Below are positions 9,004 to 19,050 of a stretch of DNA of 24,000 nucleotides, in pieces. The stretch comes from Ammoniphilus oxalaticus (GTDB lineage: Bacteria > Bacillota > Bacilli > Aneurinibacillales > RAOX-1), in the NCBI RefSeq assembly GCF_003609605.1, contig NZ_MCHY01000009.1:341058-365057 (forward strand). The letters run 5' to 3'. Both the position numbers and the translations under genes were made by a program. The stretch's first letter is position 1. Every line of letters begins with the position of its first letter. The notes below the pieces were generated by a model. That model ran no database searches. It had not been told where the DNA came from and was given only the letters and a program-made list of their open reading frames with translations.

Positions 9004-9252
9004 ATGGGGACAATTTTAATTGCCTTTGATTCTACGCAGCAAGCGATTCGCGCTGAAACCTTATTGGAATATGCGGATATTGAAATTGACACATTGCCTA
9101 CTCCGAAACAGGTGACGGCAGGCTGCGCGCTTTCGATTGAATTTTCGGAAGATGACTTTTCGCTCGCAAAGCAAATTATTGAAGAGCAGCGGGTGGAGAT
9201 AAAAGGATTTTATCGTAAAGAAGGAGAAGTATATACCCTATTAGAGATGTAG
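9004..9252 (+). CDS. DUF3343 (putative S/Se carrier-like) small protein
   Basis: The ORF is 82 aa. It has the pattern IAFDSTQQAIRAE..L....I...LPTPKQVTAGCALSIEF with the conserved Cys. It starts 19 nt after the upstream membrane-protein gene. Confidence 0.7.
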   Translation: MGTILIAFDSTQQAIRAETLLEYADIEIDTLPTPKQVTAGCALSIEFSEDDFSLAKQIIEEQRVEIKGFYRKEGEVYTLLEM

Positions 9253-9268
9253 TGTAGGAGTGGCTGAG

Positions 9269-10138
9269 ATGGAAATGAATTGGTTTGAAACCATTTATCT
9301 TGAAGCATATCAGTATATAACGGATTCGAGTATATGGATTAAGATGGGCGAAGCGGCCGTTAAAATTTTATTAATCATCGTTGCGGCGAAAATCTCAGCG
9401 CGTGTAGGGATAGCGAGTATAGACCGTGTTTTTAAGCAACGGGGAAAGTTAAAGGTGAATGAGCGACGTATTGAAACGATGCGCAGTTTGGTTCGAAATG
9501 TCGCTTCTTACGTTATTTACTTTATCGCGATTTTATTGGTTTTATCGGAACTTAATTTTGAATTAGCTCCTGTCTTAGCGAGCGCCGGTGTGATTGGATT
9601 AGCTGTCGGCTTTGGCGCTCAAAATTTAGTTCGTGACGTGATCACCGGGTTCTTTATCATTTTTGAAGATCAGTATGCGGTAGGGGACTATGTGACGATC
9701 GGGGCTTATACAGGAACCGTCCAAGAATTCGGGTTACGGATTACAAAAATAAAAAGTTACACAGGGGAAATTAATATCATTCCAAATGGTTCCATAACGG
9801 AGGTGACAAATTTTTCTGTTCAAAATAGTTTGGCGGTGCTTGATGTGCGTGTTGCCTACGAAGAAGATTTGGAAAGAGTTAAGCAGGTGTTGGAGATGGC
9901 CTTGCTGCGCGCCCATGTAGAAATTGAGGACATTATTGCAGATCCTGAAATTGTGGGTGTTCAGGATTTGGGTATCTCAGAAATACTTATTCGAGTGACA
10001 GCTGAATGTAACCCAACGACTCAGTTTTCAGTCAATCGACAACTACGGGCGCTGATTAAACAGGCTTTTGATGAAGAGGGAATTAGAGTGCCTTACCCGA
10101 GATTTGTCACGATTCCACAAGAAGTAAAAAATGAATGA
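9269..10138 (+). CDS. Mechanosensitive ion channel family protein (MscS-type)
   Basis: It has N-terminal TM helices followed by the conserved MscS core (GVIGLAVGFGAQNLVRDVITGFFIIFEDQYAVGDYV...G.V.E...R.T). The start is ambiguous among GTG 9260, ATG 9269 and ATG 9275. ATG 9269 has the best spacing to GTAGGAG. Confidence 0.85.
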   Translation: MEMNWFETIYLEAYQYITDSSIWIKMGEAAVKILLIIVAAKISARVGIASIDRVFKQRGKLKVNERRIETMRSLVRNVASYVIYFIAILLVLSELNFELAPVLASAGVIGLAVGFGAQNLVRDVITGFFIIFEDQYAVGDYVTIGAYTGTVQEFGLRITKIKSYTGEINIIPNGSITEVTNFSVQNSLAVLDVRVAYEEDLERVKQVLEMALLRAHVEIEDIIADPEIVGVQDLGISEILIRVTAECNPTTQFSVNRQLRALIKQAFDEEGIRVPYPRFVTIPQEVKNE

Positions 10139-10151
10139 GGGGATGCAGTTG

Positions 10152-10349
10152 ATGGAAAGAAAAGCATTTGCGCTAGGCGATATCGTAGAAATGAAAAAAG
10201 CGCACCCATGCGGAACGAATGCATGGAAAGTGATCCGCACAGGGGCTGATGTTCGCATAAAGTGCTGTGGTTGCGATCATAGTGTGATGCTTGCTCGTTT
10301 AGAATTTGAACGAAAGATGAAAAAAGTCATCGAGTCTACCACTGAGTGA
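10152..10349 (+). CDS. DUF951 family protein (YyzM-like)
   Basis: It carries GDIVEMKKAHPCGTNAWKVIRTGADVRIKCCGCDHSVMLARLEFERK, which is diagnostic of DUF951. It has the conserved position just upstream of ychF. Confidence 0.8.
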   Translation: MERKAFALGDIVEMKKAHPCGTNAWKVIRTGADVRIKCCGCDHSVMLARLEFERKMKKVIESTTE

Positions 10350-10351
10350 TC

Positions 10352-10381
10352 AACATTCCTTATCTTGAGGAATGTTTTTTT
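10352..10381 (+). terminator. Intrinsic terminator after the DUF951 gene
   Basis: The stem aacattcct / aggaatgtt has a 7-nt loop and is followed by a T7 run. Confidence 0.85.
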
Positions 10382-10390
10382 GTTCTCGGC

Positions 10391-10420
10391 TTGTTGTTCC
10401 TGATTACGATGCGATATAAT
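10391..10420 (+). promoter_or_regulatory. Candidate sigmaA promoter of ychF
   Basis: It reads TTGTTG - 18 nt - TATAAT (perfect -10 at 10415-10420), about 50 nt upstream of the ychF ATG. Confidence 0.5.
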
Positions 10421-10470
10421 TGATATTGTTTTAAACTGGACGATAGGTGAATAAGGAGCGCGAATAATAG

Positions 10471-11571
10471 ATGTCTAATTCTGTAGGGATTGTAGGATTG
10501 CCCAACGTTGGGAAATCAACTTTGTTTAATGCGATCACCCAGGCGGGGGCCGAATCGGCTAACTACCCGTTTTGTACGATCGATCCGAATGTTGGTGTTG
10601 TTGAAGTGCCTGATGAACGGTTAGAAAAATTAACAGAGCTCGTCATTCCGAAGAAAACGGTCCCGACTGCATTTCAATTTGTTGATATTGCGGGTTTAGT
10701 CGAAGGGGCCAGTCGTGGAGAAGGGCTCGGAAATAAGTTTTTATCTCATATTCGTGAGGTCGATGCGATCGCCCATGTCGTGCGTTGTTTTGAAGATCCT
10801 AACATTACGCATGTAGCGGGAAAAGTAGATCCAATCAGTGATATTGAAGTGATTAACTTAGAATTGATTTTAGCTGATATGGATGCGGTGGAGAGAAGGA
10901 TCGATCGTTTAGGACGTCGTGTTCGCTCCGGAGAAAAGGAAGCCAAGTTAGAGTTAGACGCATTAACCAAACTGAGTGAAGCCTTTGAAGCGGACAAGCC
11001 GGCCCGTAGTGTGGAATTAACGGACGATGAACGGGAGATTGTTCGCGATCTTCATTTGTTAACGATGAAGCCAATTTTATATGTGGCAAACGTTAGCGAG
11101 GATGGATTGGCTGACGCTGAATCAAATCCTTATGTGCGACAAGTTCAAGAGTTTGCCGATGCGGAGGGAGCGGAAACGGTCATTATTAGCGCCAAAGTGG
11201 AATCGGAAATCGCTGAACTTGAGGGCGAGGATAAGGAGATGTTTTTAGAAGAATTGGGTTTACAAGAATCGGGGCTGGACCGTCTGATTCGCGGCGCGTA
11301 TAAATTACTCGGTTTGATTACGTATTTCACAGCGGGCGTACAAGAAGTGAGAGCGTGGACGATTCGTCAAAACACGAAAGCCCCGCAGGCGGCGAGTGTC
11401 ATTCATACTGACTTCGAACGGGGTTTTATTCGGGCCGAAGTTGTCGGTTATAATGATCTTGTCGTTAGTGGTTCGATGGGTACAGCGAGAGAAAAAGGAC
11501 TTGTCCGTCTAGAAGGGAAAGAATATGTTGTAGAAGATGGAGATGTGATGCATTTCCGATTTAACGTATAA
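10471..11571 (+). CDS. ychF: Redox-regulated ribosome-binding ATPase YchF (YyaF)
   Basis: The ORF is 366 aa with the G1 motif GLPNVGKST. The C-terminal TGS-like domain ends VEDGDVMHFRFNV. Confidence 0.95.
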   Translation: MSNSVGIVGLPNVGKSTLFNAITQAGAESANYPFCTIDPNVGVVEVPDERLEKLTELVIPKKTVPTAFQFVDIAGLVEGASRGEGLGNKFLSHIREVDAIAHVVRCFEDPNITHVAGKVDPISDIEVINLELILADMDAVERRIDRLGRRVRSGEKEAKLELDALTKLSEAFEADKPARSVELTDDEREIVRDLHLLTMKPILYVANVSEDGLADAESNPYVRQVQEFADAEGAETVIISAKVESEIAELEGEDKEMFLEELGLQESGLDRLIRGAYKLLGLITYFTAGVQEVRAWTIRQNTKAPQAASVIHTDFERGFIRAEVVGYNDLVVSGSMGTAREKGLVRLEGKEYVVEDGDVMHFRFNV

Positions 11572-11572
11572 C

Positions 11573-11601
11573 TTGTTTTCTAGCATTGTACATGCTATAA
11601 T
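11573..11601 (+). promoter_or_regulatory. Candidate sigmaA promoter of rpsF-ssb-rpsR
   Basis: It reads TTGTTT - 17 nt - TGcTATAAT, which is an extended -10 with a perfect hexamer. Confidence 0.55.
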
Positions 11602-11602
11602 T

Positions 11603-11700
11603 AAATAATGCGAGTTTGAAACTAATTCAAAACACTTTTTGAAATGGAAACGAACAACTCGCTCCTTGCCCTTATTTAATAAGGGCCGTTAGTCCAAAAG
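11603..11700 (+). ncRNA. Structured rpsF 5' leader (candidate S6:S18 autoregulatory element)
   Basis: There is a long-range pairing gcgagtt (11610-16) / aactcgc (11656-62). Inside it are alternative tttgaa/ttcaaa helices. A hairpin gccctta-tttaa-taagggc (11668-86) lies just before the RBS. An rpsF leader motif is described in Firmicutes, but I cannot verify covariation here. Confidence 0.4.
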
Positions 11701-11711
11701 GAGGTGAAGAG

Positions 11712-11999
11712 ATGCGGAATTACGAGTTGATGTATATCCAGCGTCCAGAAGCTGAAGAGGAAAGCAGAACTTCAAATACGGAACGCTTTCAATCCATTAT
11801 TACAAATAGTGGCGGAGAAATCACCAACGTAGAAGATATGGGTAAGCGCCGTCTTGCTTACGAAATCGATAAGATCCGTGAAGGATTCTACGTTTTAACC
11901 AACTTCAAGGCTGAACCTGAAGCGGTAAGTGAACTCGAGCGGATCATGAAGATAAATGATGACGTTATCCGTTATTTAATCGTTAGAGAAGATGACTAA
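11712..11999 (+). CDS. rpsF: 30S ribosomal protein S6
   Basis: It starts [11 protein letters not shown] and is 95 aa. It has a strong AAAGGAGGTG RBS and belongs to the conserved rpsF-ssb-rpsR operon. Confidence 0.97.
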   Translation: MRNYELMYIQRPEAEEESRTSNTERFQSIITNSGGEITNVEDMGKRRLAYEIDKIREGFYVLTNFKAEPEAVSELERIMKINDDVIRYLIVREDD

Positions 12000-12024
12000 T
12001 TGATGTCTTGGGGGAGGGGTATTC

Positions 12025-12468
12025 TTGATTAACCGTGTCGTGCTTGTCGGTCGTCTTACAAGGGATCCAGAACTTAGATATACACCATCTGGAGTAGCTG
12101 TAACCACGTTTACAATAGCTGTCAATCGTACTTTTTCTAATGCTCAAGGGGAGCGGGAAGCGGACTTTATTAATGTGGTCGCTTGGCGTCAGTTGGCAGA
12201 GTTATGCGCTAACTATCTAAAGAAAGGTTCCCAAGCGGGACTGGACGGACGTTTGCAAACCCGTAACTATGAGAATAAGGAAGGTAGACGCGTATTTGTA
12301 ACCGAGGTTGTTGCCGATAATGTTCAATTTCTCTCTCCAGCTGGAGAACGTAGAGAGAGTGGTGGTGGCGGAGGATCAGGCGCAGGATATGGATTTGATC
12401 AAATGGATGACCCCTTCGCAAATGATAGCAAAACGGTTGATATCTCTGATGACGATTTACCGTTTTAA
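12025..12468 (+). CDS. ssb: Single-stranded DNA-binding protein
   Basis: The start is TTG with a GGGGAGGGG RBS. It begins [21 protein letters not shown] (OB fold), has a Gly-rich linker and ends with the canonical acidic tail DDDLPF. Confidence 0.97.
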   Translation: MINRVVLVGRLTRDPELRYTPSGVAVTTFTIAVNRTFSNAQGEREADFINVVAWRQLAELCANYLKKGSQAGLDGRLQTRNYENKEGRRVFVTEVVADNVQFLSPAGERRESGGGGGSGAGYGFDQMDDPFANDSKTVDISDDDLPF

Positions 12469-12496
12469 GAGAGCCGATTAAGAAGGAGGGATTTAG

Positions 12497-12733
12497 ATGG
12501 CAGGCCCAAGAGGCAGACGTGGTAGACGTCGTAAGGTTTGTTACTTTACTGTAAATAAAATTTCAAAAATCGATTATAAAGACATCGATACATTGAAGAA
12601 GTTTGTTAGTGAACGAGGCAAGATTCTTCCTCGTCGTGTAACGGGAACTTCAGCGAAGTATCAACGTCAATTAACGAGAGCAATCAAACGCGCTCGTCAA
12701 ATCGCTTTGTTACCATACACAACTGAATCATAA
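12497..12733 (+). CDS. rpsR: 30S ribosomal protein S18
   Basis: The ORF is 78 aa with RRRKVCYFT...IDYKD...[31 protein letters not shown]. Confidence 0.97.
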   Translation: MAGPRGRRGRRRKVCYFTVNKISKIDYKDIDTLKKFVSERGKILPRRVTGTSAKYQRQLTRAIKRARQIALLPYTTES

Positions 12734-12740
12734 GACATAG

Positions 12741-12767
12741 AGGGAGCGCTGCGGTGTTCCCTTTTTT
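12741..12767 (+). terminator. Weak intrinsic terminator after rpsR
   Basis: The stem agggagc / gttccct contains one G:U pair. It has an 8-nt loop followed by T6. Confidence 0.5.
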
Positions 12768-12828
12768 AATACTTTACATATTTCAAAATGAACTTACATA
12801 TAAAAGCAAAGAACAAGGGGCGGGTGAC

Positions 12829-13764
12829 ATGCAAAACGAAGTGCGCGCCATGTTGGAAGGGGCTCTCATCAGCGGTCTCTTTTTAGTGATGATTTTTCTT
12901 ACAATCTATACGCCGCTTGGGATCGTGACAGCGCTCGCTTTACCGATTCCATTTACTGTGTATGCGGCTCGACATCGTCTTCGAAATGCGATCCTTGTTA
13001 TCGTGGCAAGCGGATTGTTAACGATTATAATTGGCGCATTGCCATCCATTCTGTTGTCGCTATTTGCGGGCGTGTTAGGGACGGTGATGGGGACGGCTTA
13101 TCATCGACAGAAGTCTGCGTTTATCGCCTTTGTCGGTGGATTGTTGGCGAGTTTGTGTCTGTTGATTCTAGGGGTCGTTGTAAGTTATTACATGACGAAA
13201 ATCAATCCGATTACAGCGATGCAAACCATGTTAAAAGAATCGATGGCGATGAGTAAAGCCATGCTGGAAAATTTTAACATGGTCGATCCAAAGCAAGTGG
13301 ATAAAATGGATGAAATGATTGAATTCGTACCAAAACTAGCGCCAATGTTACTTATATTTGCCTCAGCTCAATCCGCGATGTTAAACCACTGGTTATCTCG
13401 CAAAATTTTGCGACGTTTAGGTTCTCCCGCTCCCGCGTTTCCGCCATTTCGGGATTGGAGATGGCCGCGGTCGATGCTCTACATTTACCTTGGCGTCACC
13501 ATTGCCGCAATTTTTCTCAGCGCTAATCAAGATCAATTTAGTTATGTGATTGTCCTAAATTTAAAACCAATTCTTGATACGCTGATGATCATTCAGGGAT
13601 TGAGTTTGGTCAGTTTTTATTCCCACCAAAAGGGGTGGGGCAGAGGATTGCTGATTATTGCTATCGTTATGCTATTTATTTTTTCGCCAATCCCTTTTAT
13701 ACTAGTGTTATTGGGTGTTTTAGATTTGAGTATGAATGTTAGGAAGCCATTGAGCAAAAAGTAA
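12829..13764 (+). CDS. yybS: YybS family membrane protein (DUF2232)
   Basis: It is a polytopic membrane protein immediately upstream of gdpP, as in Bacillus. I prefer the ATG at 12829 (311 aa, GGGGCGGGTG upstream). The ORF-track start at 12754 runs through the rpsR terminator. Confidence 0.8.
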   Translation: MQNEVRAMLEGALISGLFLVMIFLTIYTPLGIVTALALPIPFTVYAARHRLRNAILVIVASGLLTIIIGALPSILLSLFAGVLGTVMGTAYHRQKSAFIAFVGGLLASLCLLILGVVVSYYMTKINPITAMQTMLKESMAMSKAMLENFNMVDPKQVDKMDEMIEFVPKLAPMLLIFASAQSAMLNHWLSRKILRRLGSPAPAFPPFRDWRWPRSMLYIYLGVTIAAIFLSANQDQFSYVIVLNLKPILDTLMIIQGLSLVSFYSHQKGWGRGLLIIAIVMLFIFSPIPFILVLLGVLDLSMNVRKPLSKK

Positions 13765-13776
13765 GGAGCCGAATCA

Positions 13777-15741
13777 ATGAAAAAGTTCCTCCTAAAGCGT
13801 TGGCATGGATTGCATATGATCCTAGCTTTTATCTTATGTATGATTCTGCTTGCCGTTCTGTCGATATATAACTGGTCCATAGCTTTGCTAGGCGTATTTG
13901 CTTTGCTAGCGTTGGCTGGTTTTATTTATAAGGCGGAGCAGGCGTTTCGAGCAGACTTACAGCAGTATATTCTGACGCTCAGCCATCGGGTTAAACGAGC
14001 GGGCGATGAAGTATTGAATGAAATGGAGTTAGGGATTGTACTCTACAGTGAGGAAAAACGAATAGAGTGGTATAATCCGTATATGTTAGCGTTAACAGAT
14101 CAAGAATCGCTATCGGGTCAAGATTTAATGGATGTTATTCCCCAGCTAGCTGATCTGACACCAGGAGAAAAAAAGTGTGAAATTACGATGAACAAACGAA
14201 TTTATGAGGTGCTTGTTCACGCGGAAGAAAGGCTTCTTTATTTTACAGATGTTACGGAATTTAGAGAGCTGGAGCTTCGCTATCATCAGGAGAAGGTTGT
14301 TTTCGCGATCATTCATTTAGATAATCTCGATGAAGTTTCCCAGGTGATGGATGAACAAAGCCGTAGTTTAATGCTGACAAATGTAACGGGCGCCATTAAG
14401 GAATGGGCCCAAAAGTATAAGATCTACTTGCGTAGCACCGCCTCAGATAAATTTTTAGCGGTGATGGATGAGGGAACATTGCAACAAGCGCTTGATACTG
14501 GGTTTGATATTTTAGATGTCGTTCGGGAAATGACGGCAAACAATAAAATTCCGATTACGCTCAGTATCGGAGTAGGGGCCGGGGATGAGGAGTTTTTAAA
14601 ACTGGGTGAGATGGCCCAATCGAGTCTAGATATTGCCCTCGGTCGCGGAGGAGATCAGGCGGCGGTCAAACAGGGCGAAAAGATGACGTTTTATGGCGGC
14701 AAGTCGAATGCGGTGGAAAAACGAACGAGAGTGCGGGCGCGGGTCATTTCGCATGCGTTGCGCGATTTAATTTTAGAAAGCGACAAAGTGATCGTAATGG
14801 GACATCGTTTTCCTGATATGGATTGTATCGGATCATCGATCGGTATTTTAAAAGCTGTTCACGCCAATCAACGAGACGGATTCATTGTATTGGATAAAGT
14901 AAATCCATCGATTGAACGTCTGATGGCGGTCATTTCCGAACATGAAACATTGCCGGAATATTTCATCAGTCCCGACCAAGCGCTGGCAATGACGACCTCA
15001 AGAACACTCATTGTCTTAGTCGATACTCACCGTCCATCGATGGCGATTGAACCAAAATTACTGCAATTGACGAGTCGGGTAATGGTCATTGATCATCATC
15101 GTCGTTCGGAAGAATTTGTTGAGGATCCCGTGCTTATTTATATTGAACCGTATGCATCCTCTACATGTGAGCTCGTGACGGAATTGTTGCAATATCAGAG
15201 TGAGAAGTTTACAATGGACAGTCTGGAAGCGACTGCGCTTCTTTCAGGGATTGTTGTCGATACGAAGAGTTTTGCTTTTCGAACGGGCGCCAGAACCTTT
15301 GAAGCCGCTTCCTTTTTAAGAAGAAATGGCGCAGAGCCGACAATGGTGCAACGAATGTTGAAGGAAGATCTTCCGCAATTTATTAAACGATCAGAACTTA
15401 TGCAAAACACGGAGATTTTATTTGATATTTACGCGGTTGCGGTCGGAAGTGAAGACGAGAGTTATAGTCAAATGATGATTGCTCAAACAGCGGATTCATT
15501 GTTAACGATTTCGGGAATTCAGGCCTCTTTTATTGTTGCTCAGAGACACGATGAATCGATTGGAATTAGCGCCCGTTCATTGGGCGATATTAACGTGCAA
15601 ATGATTATGGAACAGATGGGCGGCGGCGGTCATTTAACAAATGCCGCGACTCAAATCAAAGAGATGTCATTAGATGAGGTTGTTAAACAACTGAAATCAG
15701 TCATATATGAATATCATGAAGAGGGGAGCTCGACGAAATGA
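13777..15741 (+). CDS. gdpP: Cyclic-di-AMP phosphodiesterase GdpP (YybT)
   Basis: The ORF is 654 aa. It has two N-terminal TM helices, a PAS-like region, a degenerate GGDEF region, the DHH motif (VIDHHRR) and the DHHA1 motif GGGGH. Confidence 0.93.
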   Translation: MKKFLLKRWHGLHMILAFILCMILLAVLSIYNWSIALLGVFALLALAGFIYKAEQAFRADLQQYILTLSHRVKRAGDEVLNEMELGIVLYSEEKRIEWYNPYMLALTDQESLSGQDLMDVIPQLADLTPGEKKCEITMNKRIYEVLVHAEERLLYFTDVTEFRELELRYHQEKVVFAIIHLDNLDEVSQVMDEQSRSLMLTNVTGAIKEWAQKYKIYLRSTASDKFLAVMDEGTLQQALDTGFDILDVVREMTANNKIPITLSIGVGAGDEEFLKLGEMAQSSLDIALGRGGDQAAVKQGEKMTFYGGKSNAVEKRTRVRARVISHALRDLILESDKVIVMGHRFPDMDCIGSSIGILKAVHANQRDGFIVLDKVNPSIERLMAVISEHETLPEYFISPDQALAMTTSRTLIVLVDTHRPSMAIEPKLLQLTSRVMVIDHHRRSEEFVEDPVLIYIEPYASSTCELVTELLQYQSEKFTMDSLEATALLSGIVVDTKSFAFRTGARTFEAASFLRRNGAEPTMVQRMLKEDLPQFIKRSELMQNTEILFDIYAVAVGSEDESYSQMMIAQTADSLLTISGIQASFIVAQRHDESIGISARSLGDINVQMIMEQMGGGGHLTNAATQIKEMSLDEVVKQLKSVIYEYHEEGSSTK

Positions 15742-16184
15742 AAGTAATCTTGCAAAAGGATGTTAAGGGACACGGGAAAAAGGGCGAACTGGTTGAAGTT
15801 TCTGAAGGCTATGCTCGAAATTTCCTTTTACCAAGGGGTCTGGCGGTAGAAGCGACGAGCGGCAACCTGAAAAGTTTTAAACAGCGTAAAAAAAGCGAAG
15901 AGAAAAGAAAAGAGGAAGAAAAAGATCAAGCGATCCAGCTTGCTGAAGATCTAAAAGAGCTAACGATCCGAATCCCTGCCAAAACAGGAGAAGGCGGTCG
16001 TTTATTTGGAGCGGTTTCTAGTAAGCAAATTGCTGACGCGTTGAAGAAGGAAAACCTAAAAATTGATCGTCGTAAGTTAGTTCTAGACGAGCCAATCAAG
16101 ACACTTGGCGTAACGAAAGTGCCTGTGAAGTTACATCCAGATGTGACAGGCGAGTTAAATGTCCATGTTGTAGAAGAAAACTAA
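15738..16184 (+). CDS. rplI: 50S ribosomal protein L9
   Basis: It starts [36 protein letters not shown]. Its ATG overlaps the gdpP stop (ATGA). Confidence 0.97.
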   Translation: MKVILQKDVKGHGKKGELVEVSEGYARNFLLPRGLAVEATSGNLKSFKQRKKSEEKRKEEEKDQAIQLAEDLKELTIRIPAKTGEGGRLFGAVSSKQIADALKKENLKIDRRKLVLDEPIKTLGVTKVPVKLHPDVTGELNVHVVEEN

Positions 16185-16216
16185 TGTAGAAACAAATATG
16201 AAGCGAGGTGAGTAAT

Positions 16217-17563
16217 GTGAGCGATATCCTTGCTGATCGAACTCCGCCCCATAATATCGAAGCTGAACAAGCTGTATTAGGGGCGATCTTTTTGGAGCAG
16301 GATGCATTGGTTTCAGCGAACGAGATTATTGCGCCTGGTGATTTTTACCGTCCTGCCCATCAACGCATTTTTCAGGCGATGACGGAATTAGCGGAGCGTG
16401 GAGAACCAGTCGATCTCGTAACCGTGACGGCCGGTTTAGAGACGCGTAAGTTATTAGAAGACGTAGGCGGGGTTAGTTACTTAACCGATTTGGCAAACGC
16501 TGTGCCGACAGCGGCAAATATCGAACACTACTGTCGAATCATTGAACAGAAAGCTGTCTTACGTCAATTGATTCGGACAGCTACGAAAATTGTTACGGAT
16601 GGATTCAACCAGTCTGAAGATTTAGGAGACTTGTTGTCAGACGCCGAAAAGAATATTATGCAAATCTCGCAACGCAGGACGCGTGGTGGTTTTCAACACA
16701 TTAAGGATGTTTTGATGGATGCGTACGAGCGAATTGAGACGTTGTCTGTAAGCAAGGGAGAGGTCACAGGTTTGCCAACAGGCTATCCCGACCTTGATAA
16801 GATGACATCTGGATTGCAAAAGAGTGATTTGATTATTCTTGCCGCTCGCCCTTCCGTTGGAAAAACGGCTTTTGCCCTTAATGTGGCCCAGAATGTTGCG
16901 GCAAGAGCGGGAGAGGTTGTTGCTATTTTTAGTTTAGAGATGGCCGCTGCCCAATTAGTGATGCGGATGATTTGCGCGGAAGGAAATATTGATTCAGGAA
17001 AAATTCGGACAGGCTATCTCGATGATGATGATTGGCGGAAGTTGACAATGTCAATCGGCACACTATCGAAAGCCTCTATTTTTATCGATGACACGCCGGG
17101 GATCACGATGCCGGAAATTCGCTCTAAATGTCGTAGATTGCTGGCGGAGCAAGGAAATATTGGCTTGGTGTTAATTGATTATTTACAGCTTATATCTGGA
17201 AGAGGCGGCGGCGATAACCGTCAGCAGGAAGTATCTGAAATTTCTCGATCCTTGAAATTGATGGCGAGGGAATTACACTGCCCTGTGATGGCTTTATCGC
17301 AGTTGAGCCGTTCGGTTGAGCAGAGACAAGATAAACGACCGATGCTGTCCGACATTCGTGAATCAGGCTCGATTGAACAGGATGCCGATATCGTTGCCTT
17401 TTTATATCGCGAGGACTACTATGATCAGGAAACAGAAGACAAGAATGTGATCGAAGTCATTATCGGTAAGCAAAGAAGCGGACCTACGGGCACGGTGAAG
17501 CTGGCTTTTTTAAAGGAATATAATAAATTTGTCAGCTTAGAGCAACATCACCAGGCCCTCTAG
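16217..17563 (+). CDS. dnaB: Replicative DNA helicase (DnaB family; DnaC in B. subtilis nomenclature)
   Basis: A GTG at 16217 gives VSDILADRTPPHNIEAEQAVLGAIFLE, colinear with B. subtilis MTDLLNDRLPPQNIEAEQAVLGAIFLE. A GAGGTG RBS lies 6 nt upstream. It has the Walker A motif ARPSVGKTAF. Confidence 0.95.
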   Translation: MSDILADRTPPHNIEAEQAVLGAIFLEQDALVSANEIIAPGDFYRPAHQRIFQAMTELAERGEPVDLVTVTAGLETRKLLEDVGGVSYLTDLANAVPTAANIEHYCRIIEQKAVLRQLIRTATKIVTDGFNQSEDLGDLLSDAEKNIMQISQRRTRGGFQHIKDVLMDAYERIETLSVSKGEVTGLPTGYPDLDKMTSGLQKSDLIILAARPSVGKTAFALNVAQNVAARAGEVVAIFSLEMAAAQLVMRMICAEGNIDSGKIRTGYLDDDDWRKLTMSIGTLSKASIFIDDTPGITMPEIRSKCRRLLAEQGNIGLVLIDYLQLISGRGGGDNRQQEVSEISRSLKLMARELHCPVMALSQLSRSVEQRQDKRPMLSDIRESGSIEQDADIVAFLYREDYYDQETEDKNVIEVIIGKQRSGPTGTVKLAFLKEYNKFVSLEQHHQAL

Positions 17564-17601
17564 GTCCTTTTGTTTTGCCAATTGGATGGATTGATTGAAT
17601 G

Positions 17602-17645
17602 TAAGACGAACGAATCATGTGTAAAAAAACACAATGTTCGTGTTC
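17602..17645. promoter_or_regulatory. Candidate PurR operator (inverted PurBox pair) upstream of purA
   Basis: Inverted ACGAAC cores at 17606-17611 and 17636-17641 (complement) are separated by 24 nt. This equals an 18-nt gap between 13-nt PurBoxes, against the published 16-17 nt. The match to AWWWCCGAACWWT is about 8/13 and 10/13. The pair sits immediately upstream of the -35. Confidence 0.4.
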
Positions 17646-17649
17646 TGCG

Positions 17650-17678
17650 TTGACAATCATGTGGTTAAACTGTAAACT
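17650..17678 (+). promoter_or_regulatory. Candidate sigmaA promoter of purA
   Basis: A perfect -35 TTGACA (17650-55) is followed by 17 nt and then TAAACT (17673-78). Confidence 0.55.
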
Positions 17679-17713
17679 AGGTATGTTCTTTTAATTGTTT
17701 TGGAGGTGTCTTG

Positions 17714-19003
17714 ATGTCATCTGTAGTTGTAGTTGGAACCCAGTGGGGAGATGAAGGAAAAGGTAAGATCACAGATTATTTAGCTGAGAGAGCGGAAGTG
17801 ATTGCCCGTTATCAAGGTGGAAATAATGCGGGTCATACGATCGTTTTTAATAATACGACATACAAATTGCATCTTATTCCTTCCGGGGTTTTTAATAAAG
17901 AGAAAACATGTGTCATTGGGAATGGTATGGTTGTTGATCCGAAAGCGCTTGTTGAGGAATTGGAGTACTTACACGGGCATGGTGTAAATACGGACAACCT
18001 GCGCATTAGTGATCGGGCCCACTTGATCCTTCCTTATCATCTTCGTTTAGATCAAGTAGAAGAAGAAAGCAAGGGCTCAAATAAAATTGGCACAACAGGC
18101 AAAGGAATTGGACCTGCGTATATGGATAAAGCGGCTCGGATCGGGATTCGAATGGCCGATTTAATGGATGCGGAAGAATTCGAACGAAAGTTGCGTCGAA
18201 ACCTTGAAGAAAAGAATCGAATCTTGGAGAAAGTTTATAGTACGGAAGGGTTTACCGTCGAAGGTATTCTTGATGAATACTTAACAATCGCTGAAAAAAT
18301 TAGGGGATATGTTACAGATACGTCTGTAGTGCTTAATGACGCGATTGATGCGGGAAAACGTGTCTTATTTGAAGGAGCGCAAGGGGTCATGCTGGACATT
18401 GACCAAGGGACTTATCCTTTTGTAACTTCATCTAATCCCGTTGCGGGAGGCGTTTGCATCGGTTCAGGGGTCGGACCAACGAAAATTGATCAAGTTGTTG
18501 GGGTCGCAAAGGCTTATACAACACGTGTTGGAGATGGACCTTTCCCAACCGAATTGAACAATGAAATAGGCGATCGTATTCGCGAAGTTGGAAGAGAATA
18601 TGGCACGACAACAGGACGACCGCGTCGTGTTGGTTGGTTTGACAGCGTCGTTGTGCGTCATGCGCGTCGGGTCAGCGGTATTACGGGGTTATCGTTAAAT
18701 TCAATTGATGTCTTGACCGGGATCGAATCGTTAAAAATTTGTAAAGCTTACCGCTATCGCGGTGAAATTATCGATTCTTACCCAGCTAATTTGAATGTAT
18801 TGGCTGAATGTGAACCGATTTACGAAGAACTACCGGGTTGGACAGAAGATATTACAGGTGTAAAAACGATGGCAGAATTGCCCGAGAATGCTCGTCACTA
18901 TATTGAACGGGTAAGTTCATTGACGGGAATCCCTATTGCGATTTTCTCTGTAGGTCCAGATCGAGATCAAACAAATGTTATAAAAAGTGTGTATGGGCTA
19001 TAG
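17714..19003 (+). CDS. purA: Adenylosuccinate synthetase
   Basis: It starts [18 protein letters not shown] (P-loop) and has [11 protein letters not shown]. It is 429 aa from the ATG at 17714, with a GGAGGTG RBS 5 nt upstream. Confidence 0.97.
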   Translation: MSSVVVVGTQWGDEGKGKITDYLAERAEVIARYQGGNNAGHTIVFNNTTYKLHLIPSGVFNKEKTCVIGNGMVVDPKALVEELEYLHGHGVNTDNLRISDRAHLILPYHLRLDQVEEESKGSNKIGTTGKGIGPAYMDKAARIGIRMADLMDAEEFERKLRRNLEEKNRILEKVYSTEGFTVEGILDEYLTIAEKIRGYVTDTSVVLNDAIDAGKRVLFEGAQGVMLDIDQGTYPFVTSSNPVAGGVCIGSGVGPTKIDQVVGVAKAYTTRVGDGPFPTELNNEIGDRIREVGREYGTTTGRPRRVGWFDSVVVRHARRVSGITGLSLNSIDVLTGIESLKICKAYRYRGEIIDSYPANLNVLAECEPIYEELPGWTEDITGVKTMAELPENARHYIERVSSLTGIPIAIFSVGPDRDQTNVIKSVYGL

Positions 19004-19016
19004 TCATAAGATGAGT

Positions 19017-19050
19017 AAAAGGCGCTGATTTTCAGCGCCTTTTACTTTTT
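19017..19050. terminator. Bidirectional intrinsic terminator between purA and the convergent 124-aa gene
   Basis: It reads aaaaGGCGCTGa tttt CAGCGCCtttt, flanked by an A-run and a T-run. It can serve both strands. Confidence 0.85.

Noticed and set aside
11581-11597. The hairpin tagcat-tgtac-atgcta after ychF, considered as a terminator.
   Set aside because: It has only a 6-bp AT-rich stem and no T-run, and it overlaps the rpsF promoter -10 region.
17660-17668. A single DnaA-box-like TGTGGTTAA (1 mismatch) in the purA promoter spacer.
   Set aside because: Isolated boxes with one mismatch are expected by chance, and there is no cluster.
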